Of a DNA stretch of 64,000 nucleotides, positions 1-11,400 are shown in pieces. Origin of the DNA: a virus. Where the stretch lies: IMG/VR virus record IMGVR_UViG_3300043427_001127, positions 32,001 through 96,000 of that record; one strand, given 5' to 3'. Position 1 is the stretch's first letter; every line of letters starts with the position of its first letter. The notes under the pieces are model-generated. The model worked only from the letters and a program-made list of their open reading frames with translations. It was not told the origin of the DNA and made no database searches. The position numbers and the translations under genes were made by a program.

Positions 1-1
1 A

Positions 2-142
2 GTTGACGAAAAAATTGAAACTCTTCAATCTGATTTAGAAAAACTCAAAGAGTATAAACTCAAACTGCAAGGCGGATTGGAAACCTTAGAGATTATTATT
101 AAAGAAACCACAAATACAGAGGAAACAACCTCAGAGGATTAA
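2..142 (+). CDS. 3' end of a small coiled-coil hypothetical protein (partial)
   Basis: Open frame VDEKIETLQSDLEKLKEYKLKLQGGLETLE...SED* ending at a TAA that overlaps the next ATG (TAATG, 140-144). Confidence 0.7.
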   Translation, partial: VDEKIETLQSDLEKLKEYKLKLQGGLETLEIIIKETTNTEETTSED

Positions 143-477
143 TGTCTGCATATTCTATTAATCTACCCGTAGAAAAAAACGCAAACTTCGACACCACATT
201 AACTATTGCCGATGAAGACAATGGATTGCCTTTAAATCTTACTGGATTTACTGCGGAGGCAAAGATGAAACGTTCTTTTGCGTCCACCACATCTCATGCC
301 ATGAGTGTAGAGTTTGTTGATAGATTATCTGGTGTTATTAGATTATCTTTGACCCCGCAACAGTCATCAGTCCTGACCGCAAAAAGATATGTTTATGATG
401 TTGTAATAACTTCTCCTTCTGGAGTTAAAACTAGAGTTGTTGAAGGCATTGTAGAAGTTTCTCCAGGAGTAACCTAA
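142..477 (+). CDS. Small virion structural protein (beta-sandwich, BppU-N-like)
   Basis: 111 aa; NLTGFTAEAKMKRS...GVIRLSLT...RYVYDV...TRVVEG.VEVSPGVT pattern typical of cyanomyovirus structural clusters; TAATG coupling at both ends. Confidence 0.75.
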   Translation: MSAYSINLPVEKNANFDTTLTIADEDNGLPLNLTGFTAEAKMKRSFASTTSHAMSVEFVDRLSGVIRLSLTPQQSSVLTAKRYVYDVVITSPSGVKTRVVEGIVEVSPGVT

Positions 478-1169
478 TGGCAGACTATAGAGTTACGGTA
501 GGGGGAAGAAAACAATATAAGGTAGGAATCAGTTATCAGATTCCTTCTAAATCATTACAATATCTAAATGAGATACTAGACGATTTTAGTGGAGAGTTTG
601 ATGATAACAATACCTCCTTCTTATTAAAGTTAGAAGGCGAACCCTACTACCCTATAAATGAACAACAAATTTTAGTATCATTGAATAATATTATTTTAGA
701 ACCAAAAGTTGATTATCAAATCACTGGAAATACTATTGTCTTTACTACACCACCACCACAAGGTTCCGAGTTTTTCTGTGTTGCTATGGCAACTACAGCA
801 GATTTAACCAGAACTATTAACTTTATTATCGAAGCTGGTTCTGGTGATATGACTCCTGGAATAAAAGGTCAAGTTACATTAGATATTACTGGTACTATAG
901 ATTCTTGGACAGTCATTGCCGACCAACCTGGATATGCTTTATTGGACATAAAAAAATGTTCATATCAAAACTATCCGTTAATGACATCCATAACAGGTAC
1001 AGAAAAACCATACATAGGAAGTCCTAATAATCCAACAGAAACAAAGAGAAAAGACGAAGATTTATCTACCTGGGACCGCTTATTAAATGCTGGAGATATT
1101 TTACAATATGAGATTGTTGCTGCTTCAAATGTTAAACGATTATTAGTTGCATTAAAGGTTCATTTGTGA
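477..1169 (+). CDS. Virion structural protein (baseplate/fibre-associated, two domains)
   Basis: 230 aa; ILVSLNNIILEPKVDYQITGNTIVFTTPP module common in cyanophage baseplate/fibre proteins. Confidence 0.7.
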   Translation: MADYRVTVGGRKQYKVGISYQIPSKSLQYLNEILDDFSGEFDDNNTSFLLKLEGEPYYPINEQQILVSLNNIILEPKVDYQITGNTIVFTTPPPQGSEFFCVAMATTADLTRTINFIIEAGSGDMTPGIKGQVTLDITGTIDSWTVIADQPGYALLDIKKCSYQNYPLMTSITGTEKPYIGSPNNPTETKRKDEDLSTWDRLLNAGDILQYEIVAASNVKRLLVALKVHL

Positions 1170-1198
1170 TAAATACATGTATGCAACTTTGCTATTCT

Positions 1199-1206
1199 TA
1201 TAAATA
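1199..1206 (+). promoter_or_regulatory. T4-type late promoter TATAAATA (second copy GATAAATA at 1168-1175)
   Basis: Exact gp55 consensus upstream of a GGAGG RBS and the ATG at 1240. Confidence 0.8.
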
Positions 1207-1239
1207 AAAGAAAAAGAGAAATCCCTGGAGGAAATTTAA

Positions 1240-2319
1240 ATGGCACTTCTAGTTCCAAATATTGGTGAATTAGACTCACTACGTTATCTCATCAACCAAA
1301 GCAATCACGTTGCTGATAGAGAAGATACCGCACCTAGAGATCTTGTTTTAAAACTATTTTCATCGGACACAACTCCTGCTGAGAATGATGTACCTTCTCA
1401 GTCTGCCTATTACGAGCCTTATCAGAATGATGGCAGCTTTGGTTACGGTTCAGCTATTGAGACTGGTTACCCAACTTGCGTCAACAACCGCACAGAAGCT
1501 CGTTACGATTACGATTCGCAGTATGGTATTCTTCTAAACGGTTCACGTTGGGGAATCACCCAATCAGGCGGAACTACAACTGCTACCTATCCCGAGCAAA
1601 CCTTTACTTTCACTGGTGCTGCTGGTAACGTTTATGGTTACTACATCACCCGCGCCAACAACATGCCACTAGCACTTCAAGGTGTTCTTGATGCTGCTAC
1701 TGCTTCAGCTGGCACTACAATCACTAAGGGTGAAGCAGGTGCTGCTGGCACTAAGGATTGTATCGGTCTGATCAACACCAACTTCATCACCGTTCCTACC
1801 ACTGCTAACAGTGCTTCATTCGGTGGTGTAGATGACCTAACTATCGGCATGATTGCTGGTGGTAACGCTGCTATCCCAGCAAACACTAAGGTTATCGGTA
1901 TTGAGAGAACCACTACAACTGATTCTCCTTACAACGGTCACAGAGTATACCTAAGCGCAAACCTAACCGCTAACATTCAGGACGCTACCGATCCTACTGT
2001 TGAGTTTTCATTCGGTAAGGTTGTAACTGATGTTGCACACCAACTACAGCCTGGTGACGTAATCTATATTGCTGGTGGTACTTCAACTACTGGCGGTACT
2101 GTTGCTGCTAACACATATACTGTTTACAAAGTAAACTCAACAACTGAGTTCACAACTACACCAGCACTTCTAACCTCGGGTGGCACTGCTTTCACTGGCA
2201 ACAGTGACGTAACTCTCTACAGCGCAATCATGTACGCTGAGAGATTCACAAACGGTCCTTACGAGATTCAGAACAACGGTGACCAGATTAAGATCACCCT
2301 CAACATCAGCCTCGACTGA
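1240..2319 (+). CDS. Probably abundant virion structural protein; putative fibre 'bead' subunit with two inserted modules
   Basis: 359 aa; core MALLVPNIGE...LVLKLF...ATYPEQTFTF...VYGYY /insert/ AERFTNGPY...GDQIKITL; own late promoter, strong RBS, own terminator; gp23-like codon usage. Confidence 0.7.
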   Translation: MALLVPNIGELDSLRYLINQSNHVADREDTAPRDLVLKLFSSDTTPAENDVPSQSAYYEPYQNDGSFGYGSAIETGYPTCVNNRTEARYDYDSQYGILLNGSRWGITQSGGTTTATYPEQTFTFTGAAGNVYGYYITRANNMPLALQGVLDAATASAGTTITKGEAGAAGTKDCIGLINTNFITVPTTANSASFGGVDDLTIGMIAGGNAAIPANTKVIGIERTTTTDSPYNGHRVYLSANLTANIQDATDPTVEFSFGKVVTDVAHQLQPGDVIYIAGGTSTTGGTVAANTYTVYKVNSTTEFTTTPALLTSGGTAFTGNSDVTLYSAIMYAERFTNGPYEIQNNGDQIKITLNISLD

Positions 2320-2354
2320 TATCTCCTAGAAAAGAATACTTTTCTATATTATTT

Positions 2355-2385
2355 GGGGATTGCTGCCTTGGCAATCCCCTTTTTT
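2355..2385 (+). terminator. Rho-independent terminator
   Basis: GGGGATTGCT-gcctt-GGCAATCCCC followed by a T-run. Confidence 0.85.
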
Positions 2386-2408
2386 ACTAAAAGAGGGCTT
2401 GGTAATAC

Positions 2409-5400
2409 ATGGCGTCATACGTTTACGATAGTAACGACAGTTATCCTTTTTCCTCAGTAGATAATGGGTTTGTCTACGTCAGACCCGCGACATCTACTGA
2501 GGATTTTGGTGCTATTAACGTATCTGCCACTTCACAAGAATCATATGCAGAAATAACAGTAAAGCAAAACAACGATACTGCGTTTGGTTTTGCTACTGTA
2601 AATGGTACTGCAAAGTACTATAAACCTAAAAAATATTCTTACTCATCATCTTCTGATAATCTCTTCGCTGAAGAAGATAATGGGTTAATAACTAATGCAA
2701 AGACTTCAACGGATGATTACGGTACTCTAACAGCTGAAGATGGCATAAGCGTTAGAGAAGACAGGTATCGTATTGATGTAAGTCAAACCATCTTGGCAAT
2801 GGAGCCAGGATACACATATTCATCAGCATCTGCTCTAGTAGCGTTTGTAGAAAAAACAGATGCTTCTACTTTGTTATTATCAATCTATGGCGGTTCTTCG
2901 TTAACTGGAGTTACTGCTGCTATTTCTAAAGTTGCTATTGCTTGGGTTGGTAATGGAACTCCATTTGAGATTGGTGGGTCTGCTAATGAGATTGTAAAAG
3001 CATTCTCAACAGTCGGAACTTCTGGTCCGCTCCGATTGGATGTCGCCTCAACAGAGGCGCATATCAGAAGCTATGACTTTGAAAATGTACTGCCATTCAA
3101 CATAGTTGATTATGGTTCTCTTGGTTTAGTATCAAACCCTGATATTGATTTTGGGTTTGTGTCTCAACCAAATGCTGGGGGGGAAAAGGATTACGGGCTG
3201 ATCGTAAATGATTCTGAAGAAACGCCATTTGGTCTCTACGAAACAAATGGTATAGGTTTAGAATCTTTCAGCAAGCAAACACCAGCAGAAACAGTACCAT
3301 TTACATTAAGTGGCGAAGTTGTTCTACCTCTTGCTGTAAGCATCAAAGGTGTTGGATCTGTAAACCTCAGTGGTGCAGCAGTTGAGAAGAATACCGAAGA
3401 TTATGTAGGAACAGGTAACCTATTCAATACCTCTGGTGCTGCCGAAGTATTTGGCGCAAACCCACCAGAAGACTTCTCGCTATTTGATATTACTGGTAGT
3501 GCAGCAGAAAAGAATACTGAAAGATATATTGGAAATAGTATCGTTTCTATTACATTATCGACTTCTTCTAATAAAATAAACACTAATAGTTTTATTGGTG
3601 TATCTATATCAGGTTCTGGTACTGGTGTAGGCGCTAACGGTGGATTTAATATTGGCAGTCACTTTAAATTTGATGGAGTTGGTGCGAGAAGATTAGATTT
3701 ACAACCTTTGAATGTTGGATCATATAACACTATCCAGTTCACTGCCATTCGTGGAAATGACAATAACGGGGGAGAAGATCCCGATACATCCACAGAAAGT
3801 TTAGTTCTTCAGTATAGTATTAATAATGGTAATACATTTACAAATGTTGGAAATATTGTTACATATAACGATGCGTCATTCAACAACTTAAAAAGTGTAT
3901 CTTTAGTAATACCAAATGATGCCAAAACATCTTCAACAATTTTTAGGATTTCTCAGTCTTCTTCTAGTGGTACTGGATTTGATAACTACGGCATAACCGA
4001 AATATCATTATTATCATCTCCACCAACAAGTATAGTATTCTCCAATGGATATACTAACCTGAAGTTCACCAGTGGTGCTGGAGAAACCACGCAACTCTTC
4101 GCTCTAAGCGGTTCTGGGGTGGAGAAGAACACCGAAGACTATGTAGGTACTGGAAGCACCTCAATCAGCGTTGTGAGCGTTGAGAAGAACACTGAGACGT
4201 ATGTAGCAGAACTAGCAGGAAATGTCACAGATCTATTCGCTTCCTACGGCGATCTGACGGCAGTAACAGAGTCTGAAGATTATGGTCTCATCACGCAGTC
4301 TGCAACTAATGTAGATTATCGCTATCTCTCTAGTGATTACTATGATATTAACGGTGCTGCCGTTGAGAAGTTTATTGCACAAACACCAGAAAATACCCAG
4401 CTCTTTACATTCTCTGGTGCTGGCGTAGAGAAGTTCACAAGTCAAGGTGGAGAGACAACTCAACTATTCCAGTTCACTGGAGCAGCGATAGAGAAGAATA
4501 CTGAAGACTATGTTGCTTCTGGTACATTCTCTACATTCTCTGGTGCTGCAGAGTCTGTAACTTACCGCTACAGCTTTGATTCGTTCATCCCATTCACCGA
4601 GTTTGACTACGGCAGTGTTACTCAATCACCAACAAACGACATTGATCTTGGTAGTGTCAGTGCTCCTAATACAGGTGGCGAAAAAGATTATGGTTCAATC
4701 ACATTTATTAATGAAGTAGTCCCTTATGGATTGTGGACTACATCTGGATTTGCTATTGAACTGTTTAGCAAGAATATTGTTGACAATGGCGGTACAATCA
4801 CCCTCAGTGGCGAAGTTGTTCTACCTCTCGCAGTAAGTATTATCGGTGTTGGATCTGTAAATCTCACTGGATCTGCTGTAGAGAAGAATACAGAATCTTA
4901 TGTAGGTATTGGTAATCTCTTTAACACTTCTGGTGCAGCTGAAGCATTTGGTGCTAATCCGTCCGAAGACTTCTCGCTATATGACATTAGCGGAACAGCA
5001 ACAGAGAAGTTCAGAGCAAATCCACCAGAAGACTTTGCTCAGTTTACTCTTTCTGGTGCGTACAGCAACCTCAAGTTCACCACTCAAGGTGGGGAAACAA
5101 CTCAACTCTTTAGTATTTCTGGTGCAGCTGTAGAGAAGAACAGAGAGTCTTATGTTGGTACTGGTAGCACTTCTATTGATGTTACTAAGGTTGAGAAGAA
5201 CACTGAGTCTTACACAGTTGCTCAAGCATCTATTCATGTTCTCTCTGATTATGGTGATCTCAGAGAGTCTGCTGGATCTACAGAAGACTTTGGATTAATC
5301 ACATCTGCTGCTACTGAGTTTGAGACTGCTGGTAGCGTAGTAAGAGATTACCTCAAGCTATTTGGTTATGCGGTAGAAAAACTTGTTGCTCAGACACCAG

Positions 5401-8400
5401 AGAATACACAACTATTTGATACTAATGGTACTGCGGTTGAGAAGTTTGTTGCTCAAACACCAGAACAAACAGTAACCTTTACATATACTGGCAGCAGTGT
5501 AGAGAAGAATACTGAGTCTTATGTTGGTACTGGTCAGGCAACATTAGATGTATTCTCAGAACTCAGAAAACTCATACCAGCATATGTTGGATTTGGTTTC
5601 GCTTTCACAACCAATGGTTCTGCAGAAGCGTTTGGTGCAAACCCACCAGAGAATACACAACTATTCCAAGTATCTGGTGCTGCTATAGTCAAGGTCAATC
5701 CAAAATGGAATGGTTCGGGTACTATCAATATTGATATTACATCGGTTGAGAAGCACACCGAATCCTATGTTGGCACAGGTACTCTATTTGAGTTCATTGA
5801 TTCGGATGAAAGCAGAACCTATGTCTATGATCTAAACGACGTAGTACCGTTCCTAGATGTTGATTATGGTTCTATCAGTGCTGCCGCATTTATAGAGATT
5901 GATTATGGTACTGTTGCTGGTGCATTCTCTGGTGGCGAAGTAGATTATGGCACAGTAATCTTCACCGAATCTGTACTACCATTCGGTTCAATCAACCTAA
6001 GTGGTGCTGCGATTGAAGCATTCTCTCCAAATACCCCAGAGAATACTCAGATCTTTGTTATCTCGGGCGCAGCTGTTGAGAAGAATACGGAATCTTACGT
6101 TGGTGTTGGAACTGAATCTATTACTGGTAGTGCAGTTGAGAAGAACACCGAAGATTATATTGGTGTTGGCAATCTCTTCAATGCTTCTGGTGCAGCAGAA
6201 TCTACTGGTGCCAACCCACCAGAAAATATCCAACTCTTCGCTACTAGTGGCAATGCAGTTGAGAAGTTCAGAGCGAACCCACCAGAAGATTTTGCACAGT
6301 TTATATTCTCTGGTGTTGCGGTAGAGAAGTTTACTACTCAAGGTGGCGAAGATACTCAGCTCTTTACTCTCAGTGGATCTGCAGTTGAAAGGAATACTGA
6401 ATCTTATGTTGGTACTGGAACTCTATTTGAGATTGTTGATAAGATTGAAAGTAGAACGTATGACTACACTGTATCTCAATCCAATCTACTAAGTGTAGAT
6501 GATTATGGATTGATTACTGATGCCATTACTTCTTCCGAAGATTATGGCACTGTTGACATAGCATTCACACAAACTGAATCATATGGTGCAGTAGACTTTG
6601 ATTTCTTATTCCTAAGAGGAACTGCCTCAGAATCTTTTGGAGAAGGATTATATACTGCTTCTGGTACTATTACTATCAGTGGTTTTGGCAAGGTACGCGA
6701 GATTCCACGTTGGGTCAGCAAGGATGGCACAATCACTATCAGTGGCACTGGTACAGTACCTGTATCCGTTGCTGAAATCGGATCTGGTAATCTATTTACA
6801 TCATCTGGTGCTGCTGAAGTATTTGGTGCGAACCCACCAGAAAATATTCAGCTATTCCAAACAAGCGGAACAGCAACAGAGAAGTTCAGAGCAAACCCAC
6901 CAGAAGACTTTGCTCAGTTTACATTCTCTGGTGTTGCTATCGAGTCTGCTGGATTCAATCCACCAGAGAATACACAAAATATTTCCGTAACTGGTGTTGC
7001 TGTTGATGTAACTTCTGTATCTGAGATTGGCACTGGATCTCTATTCACTGCATTTGGTGCTGCTGAAGTATTTGGTGCAAATCCACCAGAATCCACACAA
7101 CTCTTTGTCTACTCAGGTGTTGCTACCGAGAAGAACACAGAGTCTTATATTGGCGCAGGAACAACTGAGATTGACGTTACACACACAATGCGTTTCGTTC
7201 CAAACTGGATCGGTAATGGAACAATCAATATTGATGTCGAATCTACTGAAAAGAATACCGAATCTTATGTTGGTTCTGGTAACGCATTCACATTTATTGA
7301 TTCTGAAGAGAGAAGAACTTACGATTACACAGTTGAAACTGTCGAAGTTGTCAATGAGTATAGAAATCTTATTAAGGATGCTACAACATCCACAGAAGAT
7401 TATGGTCTGATTTCTTCTATTGCCAGTGAGTTTATTGATAACGGCACTACAGTAAGAAACTACATTGAGATTATTCCAACTTCTATTGTTCGCTCAACTC
7501 CCAGAGAGATTGCTTCTGGTTCTCTATTTGCAACATCTGGTGCTGCAGAAGTCTTTGGAGTCAACCCACCAGAGAATACACAGCTATTCACATACACTGG
7601 TGCTGCTTCTGACATCAAGCACACTGAGTCCTGGGTCGGTACTGGATCTCAAACTCTCACAGGTGAAGGTGACGAAGATCTCGTCAAGTCCTTCGTTGGA
7701 TCTGGTGTTCTCGTTAGCATCAGTGGATCAATCTTCTTCATTGGTTACTTCCCATATACTGATTATATTACATTCTTCACATCTGGTGCTGCTTCTTATA
7801 AGGAAGTCAACGCCTTCAATGGAACTGGCACAACAACCACATCTGGTTCTGCTGTAGTTACAAACACAGAATCTTATGTCGGTACTGGATCTCTATTCGG
7901 ATTTAGTGGTGCTGCTGAGTCTGTAACTTATGTTTACAATATTGATGTTGTTATCGGATTTAATGAAGTTGATTATGAGTTTGTTACTGAGATTCCATCT
8001 ATTGACATTGATTATGGATCTGTCGCTCTACCACCAACTAGCGGCATATTTGATTATGGATATATTCGTTACGAAGAAACTATTATTGGTGCGACAGGTC
8101 AGTTTACTTTCGGTGGTTCTGCAGTTGAAAGCAACACAGAAAGATACATTGGTACTGGCAGCACTTCTATTGATGTATTCTCAACCGAAAGAAACACAGA
8201 AAGCTTCAACGGTTCTGGTAACCTATTCACCGCATCTGGATCTGCTGAAGTATTCGGCGCTAATCCCCCAGAAAACACTCAACTCTTCTCTGTATCTGGC
8301 GTTGGCAATACTAGAGAGATTGCAGTCTACACAGCATCTGCATCTGGCACAACCACTCTCAGTGGAGCAGCGGTTGAGAGAAATACCGAAGATTATGTTG

Positions 8401-11400
8401 GTGATAATCCAATCTTTACGATTGATGTATTCTCCACAGAGAAGAACACTGAAGCATTTGCTGGCACAGGAACAGAGACACTCAGCGGTGTTGGCGCAGA
8501 GAAGAACACCGAGTCCTACGTTGGAACTGGCACCTTCTCTGTTCTGTCTGGCGCAGTGGAAGCATTTGGTGCTAATCCACCAGAGAACACTCAACTATTC
8601 ACTTACACTGGAGCTGCTACAGAGAAGAACACTGAGTCTTATGTTGGTGTTGGAACTGAATCTATTACTGGAACAGCAGTTGAAAAGAACACCGAAGCAT
8701 TCGTTGGTTCTGGCACAGAGACTTTAAGTGGTGCTGGTATTTACAATACCACCGAAGTTTACATCGGTACTGGTGTTGTTTCTACAATCTCTGGTGCTGC
8801 TGAAGCATTTGGTGCCAACCCACCAGAAGATATTACACTATTCACCTACACTGGAGCTGCGGTAGAGAAGAACACCGAGTCCTACGTTGGCACAGGATCC
8901 ACAACTGCAAGCGGTGTCTGTGTAGAGAAGAATACGGAAGCGTTTGTTGGATCTGGTTCCTTATCCACTGTTTCTGGTGCGGCAGAATCTTTCACTGTCA
9001 ATCCACCAGAAAATACACACCTCTTCGTCTCTTCTGGTGTCGCAGAAACTAGAGTTATCTATCTCTACAGATTTGAAACAGACGGTCAAGGAACATACAC
9101 AATCTCCGTATCTCATGTTGAGAGAAATACAGAAGCATATGTTGGTACTGGTTCTACCACTGCTTCTGGTGTTGCCATTGAGAAGAACACAGAGACATTC
9201 ACTGGATCTGGCGAACTCTTCACATTCAATGGTGCTGCAGAAAGCAGAACAATCAACCCAGAAGAAGACGTTGTTCTCTACACCTTTGTTGGTACAGCAA
9301 CCGAGAAGAACACAGAATCTTGGGTTGGTACTGGAACAGAGACACTATCTGGTACTGCAAAAGAAAAGAATACAGAAGTATATGTTGGCACTGGAACTAC
9401 CACTGCTTCTGGTATTGCTGCGGAGAAGAACACCGAAGTTTACATCGGTACTGGTTCTGTTTCTACTCTATCTGGGGCTGCAGAAGCATTCGGTGTCAAT
9501 CCACCAGAGAATACACATCTATTCGTTTACTCTGGTGCTGCCACAGAAAGAAATACAGAGGCATATGTCGGTACGGGCACAGAGACACTCAGCGGCACAG
9601 CAGTAGAGAAGAATACAGAGTCCTATGTTGGCACTGGATTTATCACTGCTCTATCTGGTGCAGCGGAAGCATTCTCCGCTCAGACACCAGAGAATACGAT
9701 TCTCTTCACATTCTCTAGCTCTGCTGCTGAAGCATTCGTTGCTCAACCACCAGAAGACTTTGCTCAACTTACATTCTCTGGTTTCATCACAGAGAGAAAT
9801 ACAGAAGCACACTTTGGTACTGGCACTGCAACTCTCAGCGGCACGGCAGTTGAGAAGAACACTGAAGCATACAACGGCACAGGAACTCTCACTGCTTCTG
9901 GTGTTGGACTCGAAGCATTTGCGTGGGCAAACTACAACGGAACTGGCTCTCTATTTGCTATCAGTGGTGCTGCAGAGGCATTTGGTGCAAACCCACCAGA
10001 AGATACCTCACTCTTCACCTTCACTGGATTCTCTGTTGTTCTCAATACATACAGCGAAGTTGGCACTGGCACAGAGTTTGTTACTGGCACTGCGATTGAG
10101 AAGAATACAGAATCCTACGTTGGCACTGGTCAACTCTTCAACTACGATGGTTCCGCAGAAAGCAGAACAATCAACCCAGAAGAAAATACTATACTGTACA
10201 CATTTGTCGGATCAGCAGAAGAATCCTTCACCACTCAAGTCGATGAAACGACGCAAATCTTTACTATTAGTGGATCAGCTGTCGAAAGAAACACAGAAAC
10301 ATATTATGGATATGAACAGTATATTACTGGCGGATCTGCTGTTGTTATAGCATACAGATCATATATTGCATCTGGTTCTCTATTTGCAACATCTGGTGCC
10401 GCAGAAGTATTTGGTGTAAATCCACCAGAAAACACACAGATCTTTACTTACAGTGGTGTTGGATTTGAAAGCACAACTAATGTTTACTATCCAGAAGGAT
10501 ACATTTATATCGATATTGATTCTGTTGTCACGGAGACAAAAACATATACTGGTTCTGGTTCTATCTCCAACTTCAGTGGTGCTGCCGAATCTACTGGAGC
10601 AAATCCACCAGAAAATATCCAGCTATTTGTTTACTCTGGTTCTGCTACCGAGAAGAACACCGAATCTTATGTCGGTCTATGTGACATCTCTGTTGATGTA
10701 TTCTCTGTTGAGAGAAATACCGAAACATACGATGCGACTGGAACAGCAACCCTCACTGGCACTGCAGACCAGAGCAATACAGAATCTTATGTAGCATCTG
10801 GCTCGCTATTTGCTATCAGTGGTGCTGCCGAGGCATTCGGTGTCAACCCACCAGAAGATACAGTTCTTTACACATTCACTGGTGCTGCAACAGAGAAGAA
10901 TACAGAATCCTACGAGGGTTCTGGTTCACTTTACAATGTAGGAAGTGGTGCTATCACCAGAGCAGTTGCTATCAACAACACCATTTACGTTACTATCACT
11001 GGTGATTCTGGTGATGCGAGAGCAAGAGTATTTGTTGCTTCTGGCACAGCAACTCTATCTGGCACTGGTGCAGAAAGTTACACTCGTGCTACTTACATTG
11101 CTACTGGCACAGAAACTATTTCTGGAGCAGCAACAGAAAGAAACACAGAATCTTATGTTGGTTCTGGTTCTCTATTTGGTTTCAGTGGTGCTGCAGAATC
11201 CACGGCAGTCGTTCCAACCAGCAATATCTTTGCAACATTCTCTGGTTCTGCTGGTATTGTCAGAACAAATATTGTCATTGGAGATGGCACACTATTCGCG
11301 TTTGATGGTGCTGCTGAGTCTGTTGGAAGAAGACCAGAAAATGATACTGTTCTATTTACAACTAGTGGAGAATCTCAGATTCTATGGAATCCTTTCCGCC

